64,000 bases of DNA from Balanoglossus misakiensis (Eukaryota; Animalia; Hemichordata). The position numbers were made by a program, and so were the translations under genes. Shown piece by piece: positions 26,225 through 39,700 of this stretch; the first letter of the stretch is position 1; each line of letters opens with the position of its first letter. The notes under the pieces were generated by a model. It was not told where the DNA came from, searched no databases, and saw nothing but the letters and a program-made list of their open reading frames with translations. Location of the stretch: NCBI GenBank assembly GCA_040954595.2, contig CM082597.2, forward strand, positions 496,001 through 560,000, written 5' to 3'.

Positions 26225-29200
26225 ATGGCGGCCACTCAGAGCGAAAATAACCAGGCCTCCTTGAAGAAGACAACAAATTCCTTCGCTGCTGACTTAAAAA
26301 CACTCCGATCGCTATGCATCGACAACATAGAATTCTTCCAGAGGAGCAAGAGTCAGTACAAGGATCGTTATTTCACGGTACTGTGCGTGATCATGCAAAC
26401 GGCAGACTCGGTCGAACCAGTGCTTGAAGGTTTTCAACGGATCGTCCATCACTTCGACTTTGATGAGAAAACACCCGGAAATGGCTATCGAAGCCTGCTA
26501 CACGTCGTGCACTGCTGCATCGACAAGTTGATCGAAAATTGCAAGTACGTCAAAGATTACAGAAATGGTTTCTTGTTTCGAGGCGGTTACTACTGCGTTG
26601 AAATCGAGAACTATTCCAATGTTTTCGGACAGTTGAAATTGCTACTGGTTCACGCACAGAGATTACTAGGGGCCTCTAAACCCGGAGAGCTATTTCCTGA
26701 TGAAGAAACCTTTCCGAACATGGATCTCTTATTGGTTGAAGCCGAAGCACTTTACAGAGAGTGTTTCTATGGTAGATGTCTGGGTTTCCAGGTAAGAAAA
26801 CTGGAATCTTATTCGTCCGCTGAAGGTTAGACAATCGCCTTTTTTATTCTGTACGTTGCAACGATGCAGATTTCAAACGCCATGTACAGTATGAAATGTA
26901 CACAATATGAAATCAACATCTTAACTTGTACCGCATGTCAACGAAATTTTAGAATGACAACATCACTGTTAATTGCAGAATCGTTAAGTTATTGGAGATA
27001 GCTCTGTACCACATTAGCCGAAAGCGTCACTGTGGTGTTTCCATGACAACCACATTGTCCAGTGTAATTGTACTTCATGTAACTGTCTCATTTAATGACA
27101 ATTTAATCTCAAGGTAATTGATCCCATGGGTATTTTTCCACTGTAGACAAGAAAACTATTACTAGTATTTTCAATCATGATTTTATTTCACCATTTTCCA
27201 TGACAACCCCTTCAAATTATGCACCAGTTGGTTAAATATTGTTTTGTCAAAATACAGTGTCCTTAGCACAAGTCTAATAACGAGAAGTGATTATTAGTTG
27301 ATGAATTATCACTTTTAATAAAATATTGAAAAGTTATGTTTAATCTTTAAACTGTTCAACTGATTCTCTCAGATTTTGTAACAGTTTTTTTCCAGTGACA
27401 CGCACCAGAACCTGACCATCAAATGAAATTGACCATTCTCAATGAAAGATACCCACGTCATTACGTCCATTGTAAAACAGAAAGCACGTGCCAAAACTTG
27501 ATAGGTGTTTTTGAGAAAGTGTCATTGTGGGCTGTTTTGCATAACAATTGGGTTAAGACACATGGCTTTCTTTACGCTTGGTGACTCACGGGCATTCAGG
27601 GACATTGTACAACTACCTGTTGTGGTCACACATTTCTACAGTTTTAAGTTATTTCATTAAAGCATGGTCTTTGCAATTTATACCTAAAAATTAAAACATA
27701 CGTATGTACTATTATGAAGGCCACATAGACATGATCGTAATGTGTGAATAAACTATTTTGCATGGTGTTTTCACTGTGGTATGACCTCCCTTTTACCAAT
27801 GACTCATACCTGTCAGGTGATGTATTTGTGTGTGTATTGACCAGTGGTCAGTTTCTGTGTAGTGAATGACCTTTGTTGCAATGGTCATTGCTGTGATTGA
27901 CCAGTGATAGTGAAAATCATACATTTTTCGTTTTGACGACAATTTTATACTTTCATGTAAGTGGTCAACCAGTGAATGTAGAAATATTATTTTTGTAATA
28001 TTAGATGACAAAACAGACAGAATGACCAACAGCTAATTGAGCCATCCATAGTTACTAAACATTTAACTGAGCAACATGTGTTTGGCCCACAAAACAGACT
28101 GATGACAAACGGTCACTTCACTTCCACTGTTAAATGTGACATGCACAAATACATTGCATATGTATGTAGGTCAGTACACGATGTGTACATGTGTAGATTT
28201 GCATATGCTGTTCATGTACTGATATACGAGTATAGACCCTCAAGCGTTTCAGTTGAAGTGAAACATAACATCAGTGAAATAAACAAAACCAATTGGCCCA
28301 AAGTGAAATTTCAAATATTTGAGTTTTTATATTGTTTCTACGATTTGATATCTACAATATGACTTTAACATCAGAATTTATCTTTCCTTTTTTCAGTATG
28401 ATGATTCCATGCAGCAATCCTTGTCTGTTATTTCTGTTGCCATGGCATCATTTTCCGAAACATTCAACAAACATGAAGGTGGATTTGTCAGATTTGCTTC
28501 ATCGCTTGTCAACAGGTAAAAATAATATTAGATTATCTTGTTGTGAAAATGTCAGTGAAACAGGTAGAAATGAAACGAAAAATCAAGGGTATTGACAGAT
28601 GGTAGTGTTTCCATAGAAATGCAGTTACTGTAGTTTATTGCAACATAAAGATGTCAATTTTATCGGTAATTACAATATTTTATCATTACTGTATTTTCTC
28701 TCTTGCCAGTGGGAAGTTTGTGATGGACACACGTTTGAGAGCTGAACAGATCGTCAAGGTGACCAGGAATGCTGACATTAAATTCTGCAAAGAATTCTGG
28801 TCTATTGCTGATGGGGATGTCATGCAGGTAAATTGTTTCAGCCCTTCTTCTATTTCAGCGACAACTGTACTAAACCAATAGATTTAAATTGCTGGGCAAT
28901 AGAGTGAGAGTTTTAACATATCACAACTTCTCCCCTTTCACCAGGCAATTCCCAATATGATGTGTCCGACCGTACAAATCAACAAACTGGTACAGATCCA
29001 GCCACATTGCTTCGATGTTCCCACAGCAGATGGAGAAGACACTCGCACGATCACTCCACCATGTGCTCACACCGGCCCTGGACCAACTTTCTTCAGATTG
29101 CTGTCAATTGTACAACGCGAAGGAGCTGTAAGTTGCCCCCGTTTCCCTCTTTAGAGGTCCAACTTTACCACAGAAAACAATGGATTTGGACTAAACCATG

Positions 29201-31581
29201 GTGGTGAAAGGGTTAAACTCCACAGCAAATTGAATCTACTTTGTCTGTATTTATTTCAGTTAATGTCAGACACAGCTCCTGGCCAGAATCAAGACAAGCC
29301 ACCAACAACGCCACCGGCAACTGAACCCAAGAAATTGGAACCTTTGTCTAAGGGTCTTATCATACACATTCATGGTGGAGGTTTTGTAGCTCAGTCTTCG
29401 AAATCACACGAGGTGAGAACTGGTAGTGTAAATGTGAATGATACATGTACCTACTTGTATTTAGAAGGTAATTATTGCAGTTCCATGAGAAGATAGTATT
29501 TTATTTGATGTTGTGTTGTATCTATGTTCCAGGGTTATCTGAGATACTGGGCAAAAGAGTTAGAAGTACCTATCGCCTCTATCGACTACAGCCATGCCCC
29601 AGAACAACCTTTTCCAAGAGCTTTTGAAGAGTGTTTCTTCGCTTATTCCTGGATTGTCAGAAATTCACACGCATTAGGTCAGTATTTATTGTAGGTCTTT
29701 GAGATAGAGATGTGGTTTGACTTTTGATAAGATTTGTGCCCTTCAGGCATATTGAGTTAATGGCAAGAATTTCGTGTTTTGTTTTATCAGGTTCAACTGG
29801 AAAATATATCTGTCTAGTTGGAGACAGTTCTGGTGGTAACTTGGCCATGGCGGTTGCAATGAGAGCTGCAAGTTACGGCATACGTACACCGACTGGAATT
29901 GTTACATTCTACGCACCATTCCAGGTCAGATATGCACCGTCTCCATCACGGATTCTTTCCCTGATGGATCCGTTGCTTCCGCTTGGTGTCTTGTCCTGCT
30001 GCCTGGCGTCCTATGCCGGAATGAAGGAAGAGATGGTCCCTGTCACTGTGCAACAGTACGTTGTACAAAAACCCGGACAGACGCCTTCTCCGCAGGAGGG
30101 AAGTCAGGATAGTGGAATAGCCGAAGGAGGCAGCACTGCACCTCCCAGCCCACCATCGGATAATGGCACGGAAGAGACCACGGAGAAATCACATCAGAAT
30201 GGAGAGAACCCCATTTCTACAGGGGACGTCAATATTGAAGAGAACAATATTGCAGACAGCTCGCCAATCATGGAAGAGATCTCTCTGAATGACGAAACAC
30301 CCGGCCAGAATGGAGAAGTCGTAGAGAAAAAACAAAGCACCAATAAACCCCAGCCACTGTATTTTAACTCACCCAGTCAGTTATATCAAAGTTCTGGACC
30401 AGAGTCTCCAGGTGCCCTACCCTTGCCGGCCACTCCCCCAATACGGAAGTACAAGAATATCCCTATTGTAAATAATCCATATGTGTCTCCATTGGTTGCA
30501 AGTGAAGAGTTGCTGAAAGGATTGCCACCAACTTATATCATTGTAAGTGGTTTACTTGTGATGATGTCATCATTTTGGTTGTCTACTTATGATGATGTCA
30601 TCATTTTGGTCTCAGACTAGCAGCAACATTCATAGATTAATAGATCGACAGGCAATGAATAATTCATATTTTTATTGATCTTTCCAGGGTTGCACCCTTG
30701 ATCCTATTCTGGATGACTCAGTCATGTTTGCCAGACAACTCAAGAAAGCTGGCGTGGCAGTTGAGCTGAGTGTCGTTCCTGATTTGCCCCATGGTTTCCT
30801 CAACTTCAGTTGTGTCAGCAAAGGAGCTTATGCTTCCATGCTGGATAGTCTGAAGTTGGTCAAGGAGGCAATGTACGGGAAAGGTTACGAAGAATGGGAC
30901 CAGTCGGAGGTCGGATGTCAAACAGATCCTGGTGAATTACAAGCCATGAACAGAGTTGAGAAACCAAAATCAACTGCAGGAGATGAGGAAGGAATTGAGA
31001 TGACGCCCAGACCGAATGTGGAAGGTGAAGCAAGAGCTGGTGATGAGGGAACAACCAATGGGCATACAGAGCAACAGGAAGTGACATCACCACCACCACC
31101 TCCACAACAGGATGTGACATCACAGTCACCAGCCAATCAGGCGACAGCTACAGATGAAGAGAAGCCTCCACAAGGTGAAGGCTCAGAGGAGCAGACAGCG
31201 GTTGATGTACCTCCACCAGCTGTAGATGAGCAACAGAATCAGACAGATGACAAGGCAGATGAGCCACAAAGCACACCAGAATTACACACTGCAGTAGAGA
31301 ATCAAGAAACAGACAAAGTGAATGAAGAAGCCAGCAAGTCTGCTGAAGTGGACCAAACAGAAGATACAAGCGCTCCAGCAGAAGACGACGGATGTCCCAC
31401 AGAAAGACAAAAAAGCTTCGCGGAGACGAAAGAGGAAACTGTAGAAGACCAACAAACAAAAGGCGATGATGGCAACAAAGAAGGGTCTGATAATGATAAA
31501 GAAGAGAGTAAGGAAAGTGAGACGGCAGAAAATACCGGCAGTTCGGGTGAAAATCAAGAGTCTGAAAGTGTTTATCTGTAA
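26225..31581 (+). CDS. LIPE: Hormone-sensitive lipase
   Basis: 8 exons (26225-26791, 28398-28517, 28710-28827, 28945-29127, 29270-29412, 29533-29677, 29791-30542, 30688-31581). HSL N-domain ([26 protein letters not shown]), [16 protein letters not shown], nucleophile GDSSGGNL, catalytic Asp (LDPILDDS) and His (LPHGFLN). Confidence 0.96.
29136..29216. mobile_element. Micro-MITE copy (same family as 57574-57647) in a LIPE intron
   Basis: TTTAGAGGTCCAAC...TTTGGACTAAACCATGGTGGTGAAAGGGTTAA shares core and right end with the other copies. Confidence 0.6.
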
Positions 31582-34500
31582 ATGAAATGACATTCTCCTA
31601 GACTGCCAGTACTCTGTCTTATGTAAGATTTAACATGTTCACCATCATGGTTTAGTCTGCAGCAATATTGGTGTTTTATTTATCCTTGGTTTAACTTGAA
31701 GTGTCTACAATGTACACATCTGTGAACTTTTGTTTTTCCGATCATTGCTGCCATTTCAGCAGTTTGTGTTCCTGACATTAGGGGGCGCTGTTTGCCTTGA
31801 AATGAATTATAGGAAATAGTTCCTTCTTTAGAAAGCCAATCTGTGTTTCATCTGATCATTTATAGTGACTGCATAACCAAGCATTATCTATGCTTATTCT
31901 TTTAGTTAAGCTGAACTGCTATTTTCAGAGTACCAGTTGCTTTCTTATAGAAAGTGATTACCTATTACAGGCATACATAATAACCACAATTATCATGGTA
32001 TACAAGTTAAATCTCAACTGACAGAAAATTACATTTACCAATCACAGGGTAGGTTTTTGTGAGATATAATCTTTCCAAAACAAAAAAAGTTAACTGTAAA
32101 ATACCGTGTTCATTCCATAATCCTTTGATCATTGGTGAACCACCTTGCTTTCTAGATTTTATTGTCTTGTTTTTTTTTCCTGAATTGGCAAAGTGATGTA
32201 ACATTATAACCAGAAAATGTGACTAAGTTGAATAATATAAGCGACATATTTGATGAGATTACAAAAAAACACGCATATGTAAATTTGTTTGGGCAAAGTA
32301 CCTGTTGCACCACAAAAACGCATTGCTTTAGTGACCTTTACTATGTATATATTGCCATTTAATTGTGATATCACTTTAACTAGCAACAAACGAGGTACAG
32401 ACTATGAATGTATTAATTATAGATTCCTTCTACATTTTTGAACTAGAAATAGAATTATGCAATCTGTTTAAACAAAAATAAGTCTTTCGTGTGGGCATGA
32501 TTTACTGTGCACAAACTTGTCTTTTTTAAATTTACAAATAATGATTTCTTGCTTTGCGGGTGACGTGTTATTGCTGCATAATTGTTTATTTTAATTTGGA
32601 AAAAATACTGATAAAAAATTAAATATGATATGAAATGGGAAGTGTTTGAAGTTGATGTATATTTGGTGAATTGAATTGAATTCAATTGTAATTTAATATT
32701 AAATTAGTTAGTTTTGCATGCTTTAATCAGATTATTATATTTTTTGCAACATTTTTCATTTTCCTTAATTATTTAGCTGAAGTCTATCACTCGAAGAGTT
32801 GTATGAAAGTACATGTACACCAGGTTATGTTATTGTATATTTATATAGAACATACTGTTATATTCTGGAGGTTAGTACATTTGAAACCTTGAATAAATGT
32901 TTGAAGTGTTGATGTTGATGATTTGTTTCCCCTTGAAAAATGCATCTTCAGATCTTTTCTCAATAATTGTTATTGAATGTTTGAAAAGACTGTCACAACC
33001 CTTCAAGCTTAGAGTTCCAATGCATTAAGTGTTTTGGATGTTAACATGAATACTTGAGTTGTAATAGAGTTACAATCTTAAATTTCATGAAATACTTTGT
33101 AGAAATTGATGCTTTGGTGCACAATATCATTTCTGATTGATTCTGAGCAATCGCGTCGCTGGTTTCTTCCTTTTATCTGCCTAATTACTTGCCTTCTACT
33201 AGAATAAAGTTCCATTTTACATGATTATTTTTGAAATTTTCAGGCAAGATTAGAGCTAAGGTTCTTGTATTAATTTCAAGGTAATGCCATGAATTGATGC
33301 TTTCCCAGCATGCCAGGAAATTAATTTAAATAATGTACTACATGGTACAAGCACTTTGATTGGTTGCTAGGTGTATCTATATTTGTATAAAGCAATCAGA
33401 AACATGATAGCTTTACACATAGAAAAGCATTTACATACTCAGAAAGTAAAATGAATGAGGATAGTGCCTATGAAATCAATATTTTCTGCATATGTGATAA
33501 TTCATATTTGTCAAGTGTACTATTATCAGATGTTCTCATAGATAGATGAAAAATCCCATAATCTTGTGAAAAATGAAAGCACCTGTGTCCCATGGGACCC
33601 ATACCCACAGACATGTTATACATCTAAATACTAGCATTAGCAGTGGTCTACTTCTGCAAGGAGTTTAGACAGCTGTGTACATTACCCAGTAATTGAGCTT
33701 GTGATATAGCATTATTAAGCTTTCCTAGGTTGTAAAGAGTGTACTTAATAAGATTGCTGTAAGTTTTCAGGTTTACCTGGAATTGATTGTGTGTTCAACT
33801 GTTTAAGTGAAACTTCTGTGAGGAATTGTACAAATGTATTGATTTAAATTTGAATTTTAATGAGCTCTACACCTGGTATATAGTGTTAGCGAGTCTGCAT
33901 TCAGAATGTTTGTACTTCAGATTATTATAAAATAGAAAGGTGTGTTTCATTAATCAGAGCTGTGTGATCTGTAAACAAGCACAAATAAAATTGAATAAAA
34001 TGTATCACATGATAGACATGTGACTTATTCCAATCACCAATCAGGATGCGTCCCTGAGTCATATTATGGGATGTGAGTGACAATTAACTGCACAAAAGCA
34101 ACAAATGAAGTTTCTCTGTTTCCATATTTATTTAACTTCAAAATAATCTACACTAGATTTTTTCCCAACATGCAAATTATACAAACATGTCACGGCTTTT
34201 GAAAAACACATCACTGAAATGTACAATTCACATTGGTTCTGTGCCTGGCAACCAGAGAATGTAACAACTGATACAAAGTCTAGATTCCAGACAAACAAAA
34301 CTACAATTATCTGGATCCTCAGTTGAATTACACCAAATAAAAAACACGTCAGGGAGACAGCTAACTTGAAAACAAAATATTGCACAATGAATAAAAACAA
34401 AATGCCAAAAGCAAAATATAATCTTTCAATAAATAGTTCTCTGATAAAACTTTGCAAATAAAAATCTGATATAAGTTATCATGCCTGTAAGCTTTGAAAC

Positions 34501-36780
34501 TATCTTGAACATAAATACATTAAAAAATAGAAGGATGCTCAGTTATATGAGAAGGAAATGAAACTGCGTATTCACTATTCAATTTAGAAGGGCCTTCCTG
34601 CCAAGCATTCAATGCTACATTGATTAGTGAATGCCATGGGAACTGTCTAAAATCAACTCTGATTACATTTGACCTCAGGAAGATAATGAATTGATACATT
34701 TCCTGTAACACTGTGCTGAACCAGGATGATTTTAACTCACTCTCTTCCCCATGAAAAATACAGTTGCGAGGAAAATTTAACTGTTGAAAAAATCTTGAGA
34801 GAACACCATTGAGAAAACATGAAGAGTTTCTGTTTGTATCTAAATGTAAATCTATTCATTAAATTCTACAAATTCTAAAATGACACCAACGTACAAAGAT
34901 ACAAATCTATTTTCTTTCTTGTCTAAGTTATACACAAGAAAGTCAATAATACAAATTTTATGAGTATGACCTGTCACTGCAGGTCAATATATATTTTAAA
35001 CCCCTTCACTATCAAATCATTTTGTTTGTGATGTGTCTTTGTGATCCGTTTAATTCAAATATTCTAGCCAGGGGTATATCAAGTTAAGATCAGTATTTAC
35101 GAAATCCTTTTGCAATGAGCAGATTATCAATCACTTTACCAGAGCACAATTTTCAATAATGTCAATCAATCAATTTATTGCATTTTCATCAACTTCTAAA
35201 AATTCTTTCAATTGACTTGTAAATTGGTACTATTGACCAGCAAATGTAATGTTGACTTCCTAAGAGTCAACATTTGCTTGTGCGTCACCATATGACAATT
35301 GTACAGAAGTACCCTTTCAATTAGATAATTGGAATTAGAATTCAACACTGATGTCTACCAATGCTTGTATACAATATCATGTTTGGTACCATATGGAACG
35401 GCACCAACATTTACATGGAAATTACATGCTTACAAAGTTAAGTAACTCCATCACAAATTCCTGATTTCGCAGGGAGTAAACATTCATGCCTGTATGTGAT
35501 CCTCACACATACTGCTATAGGTATACAACGTCAATGAAAACCTGAACACCATTTGGAATTCATATAAACTGCCATTTAAGGAATACTGCCTTAGACATAC
35601 TATACACATATAAAAATATCATGTCAATAAAAGTGCCTGCTGCTACATTCTTAAATACTGAATGAAAGGCATAATGTGTTTACTAAACTTTCTGTTCAGA
35701 TGGCTTGTTTTATACAAAAATGCAGTCATGTGTAACAGCAAACTTTACCAGTTAATGGTTTAGTTTTTTATAAGTTTGATTGATTGATTTGTAAACAGAA
35801 TCAATTCATATAGAGAGTTCAGAAATATCTATTTATACATTACTACTTTTCTAGGGAGTCAACATCATAATATTACTTAGCTAGGCAGTTCACGTCATAT
35901 TATTATCATGCAATTAGGGAGTCAAGACTGTGCCAAGGACCCTCCACAAATGCCAAGCGTTCATTAGTCTTAATTTACTCAAAGTATTTTACATGTATAC
36001 CAGGTATAACCCTAAGGAAATACGTACACTCTGACATTTCATAAGAATAAAGGCACATCTCCAAATATTGGATAATTCCATTCACATTAACATACTTGGA
36101 CAGTTATCAATAGTATTGGAAATCTACCATTCACAGTTTGAACCAGGGATGGTCGAATTTCACATCAGCAATATGACGGTACAATCATTGAAAGTTGCTT
36201 TGGATAAACATCAAGACAATAATGACAGAAATGTTCTGATACTTTTGAAGCAATTCCTCATGGAATATTATGTAAATGATGAAGTAATTTAATTTAACGA
36301 TAGTATTCAAGAACACACCATCGAACACAAGCTATGAACATTTGACGAGAATAGGAACTGGTGTGGTTCAGCTATGGCATCTGGACTGAACCAAAGTAAT
36401 TAGGGGTGCTCAAATCAAATAACATTATGTTGTATTGTTGGTGACCAAAAAATAGAAGATGCAAAGAAAATAAAAGCAGCCTAATAATTTAGAAATTTTT
36501 AATTTGGTCCAAATTCACTGCCTGGCAGTTGTTTCCATTCTTATCAACACACATTCAACATTCACTGGTAAATGTTTTCTATCCACTTATCCACTTGGGT
36601 TCCTGCAAGTTCTCAAAATATTTGCTTCCACTTGTCCGGCCGTTCACATCTTTGTGCTCTCTGGGTCGCTTAGGTCATTATTTGCATATTGAAGTGGCAA
36701 GAATTACTTCATCTGCATAAGGTCAAGTTCAATTGCTGCTGCAGCGCCAGCTCCATCTAATGGTTAACAATTTAAGCTTT

Positions 36781-39700
36781 CTATGATTTTTTGTGAACAT
36801 CAAGTTTTGATGGGGGAGGTGCCAATGTGATTTTTGCAAAGCTGTCTTCCAAACTTGTCTGATCATCAGCACCTGTAGAACCAGAAGAACAAAGCATGAG
36901 GCAGCAGAGACTAAAATCTAAGTAATTAATGTCCCCTGTGAAAAATGGCAACTTGTTTCTTTTAAGCAGTCAAACTGACAGCAGTGAGATTTTTCAAGTC
37001 TGTGTGGTATTTTCCACACTCACACCTTTTGTCTGTAAAGTATCTTGACATCGATCTTGTCTGCATACTCCAACTGAACTCAATAACCTGCCAATACTTG
37101 GAAATTTCCACAGTCTGATTTACTGGGTACTTTGCTCTACTTGCATAAAACATGTTTAGGCTAGGACTTTGTTGTTCTCATTTTAAATCTTCTGTGATTG
37201 ATACATGCTAAGCTGCATTTTCTTATGTTTTAAAATGCCAGTGCCAATTCCAGTACTTTTGATTTATTTAAAAACAAAACAGACAAATAACATTTTATAG
37301 AAAGAGGAAGGTCTCAGACTCTGTACAGTAAAGACTAACAAAGACATATAACCTAGTTACCCAATTGCAATAAACTATATTTTGTGGGAGTCATTCTTGT
37401 ACTGAGCAAATGACCTACTACATTGTGACATCTCATAAATAAGAGAGCCAACAGAGATCGCATGGCAGTTCATATAATCAAAGATTATATGAAGATTATA
37501 ACCAAAGCTATACATCAATTCATTTTAACAACCTCAAGGGGACGTCTCAAAAAACTATCCATGTCAAATAGAAATGTGTTGTGCACAGAGACACATGAGC
37601 TAGTCCACACATATTCTGTGCATACCAGTAAGTTTATATTTTGTGTTTAAATTACCTTTGTATTTTCTCGCTGGTCCCGATATGTTCTCATGTTTGATAT
37701 CCTTTACTCCTGTGACCTTTTCGCGATATTCCAACATTTGTGTCACCAAATCTGGTCGACAAATCTTCTCCAAGGCATGTTCCAAATAATTGAAGTTATC
37801 TGCAACAGGATTATACACTGGCATTAAGAAATACTTGTAGACATGCAGTGACATCTCATGTTAGTTTGAGCCTGACCCTGAAATGTGTATGCATAATTCC
37901 AGAACAGTGTCCGAGTAACTCAATCAATGAAGCATATGAGACCTGAAACTATGCCGTGGTTCGTGAGAGTTAACTTGGACACATCATCCATCAAATGCCA
38001 TGCTTTAAAGTGATAAATAATAAATTTTCATGACGGTTTTCTACTTAAAATACTTAGAGAAACATGTCTTTAGTTGTTCACAACATATAGTTTTACTGTT
38101 TCAAAATTCATCTCAGCCATCATTATTGTATTTTACAACATGTACTCACATCACAATATTTGACAACCAACATGACTTATCTGTTTCTTAAATGTCAAAT
38201 CTTTTTCATAACAAAGGTGATGACGTGGGGAGTATTGATACAGGCATTGGCAACACTTTAATTCTTCATCCCTATTTGTCACAGCATGATTCCAGCAAAT
38301 CGCTGACAACATCAATCACAATAACCACAGTGTTATCTTTTTACTTTAGGTGTAGAGCAATAAATCTTAAGTCAAGTCATACTTTTATAGCTTTTGCTGT
38401 GAATACAAGTCTTAAGCTGTTTCTATTCACGAATGCTTCTCTTAAAATAACACAGCAATAAATCCCTTGGAAATGTAATTTATTTACAAAAGCTTACTCT
38501 GAGCTTTAGATTAACACAAAGACTTGTGGCATGTACATAAGACTGAAGTAGGTATTGAAAAGTCGTGGGTATATACTACACATGGAAAAAAAACCTTCAA
38601 ATAAAAGAAGCTTGCATGCATGGATGGAGTTTCAACATTAAAATAACCAGGCAATTATGGGAACAATTTATTTTACCAAATACCATGCTGTTGCTGCCTT
38701 ATACCCCAGAAAGCTACAATTTATTGTGCTGCAAACGAGTAACTACATAAAAAAGCAAACAGTTAACAGAACATACAAGGTAAATTAATATTATCTCAGA
38801 ACTTCTGAGTATTTTTCCTCTTGTTGACAATCTTATCAAGTTATCATACACTACCACCTGTTCCATTTTTCTGTTAGATTTTATCACCTGGATGTTTACA
38901 ATCAGGAAAAATCTTTTCCCTTTTCAGAAAATCTATGTTCCTATGGCAATGGCAACTTTGTCAATCAAAAGATCTATGGTTACTGTAGAAACCAACGCTT
39001 GAGCACCAGAAATGGAAAATCAATTGACAGCCAGTGTCAGTCAATACACAGATAACTAACAGAAAAACTTCACAAGGAGAAAGCTTGCATAATGTCATAC
39101 CAAGTGGGTGGAAAGATACAGTGTATCAACTGATTGTGTCCATGCATTTGTTTTTAGTGTTTGCTTTTAGTTCAGATGGTACTATTCACCATCTAAGATA
39201 TTCTTATCATTTCTTAAAGCCCAATGTGTTGCACTGACTGCCTTTAAACTGTATTTTTTAAAACAATATTTGGATGGTAAGCTGTGTTATTTTTTGTTGT
39301 TGGGATATTTAACTCAGTGTCTTCAAAAATTTAGATTAAATTCAGCAGCAGTAATGTTAACTTGTACTGTTTTAAGAGTCAACACATTTGAAGATATTTA
39401 AGTCAACTTCAGAAGCAATCATCTTTAGAACTGGCAAATAGGAAAATCACAGTTAATGTATACACTTGAGGCAAGGGCTGCAGCAATAGATTATAGACTA
39501 TTCAAAAGGTTAAACAGGACACAAAGTAAAGGTTGATTGCTTTGTATAGTTTTAATGTACGTAAACGAGCAGTATTCACCTTTATCACCTATTGCTCTGT
39601 CTAGACAAAGTATTTAACGTTGCAGAGACTTGCACAAATGGTCAAGTACTGTATGGAAGTCTCTTGTATCTGTGAATTGAACGATGTAATTAGCTAACAC

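Noticed and set aside
30559-30611. Duplicated TGATGATGTCATCATTTTGGT resembling C/D boxes
   Set aside because: Simple local duplication with no D box (CTGA) at the right spacing and no terminal stem.
30860-31593. Several minus-strand ORFs
   Set aside because: Antisense shadows of the LIPE last exon.
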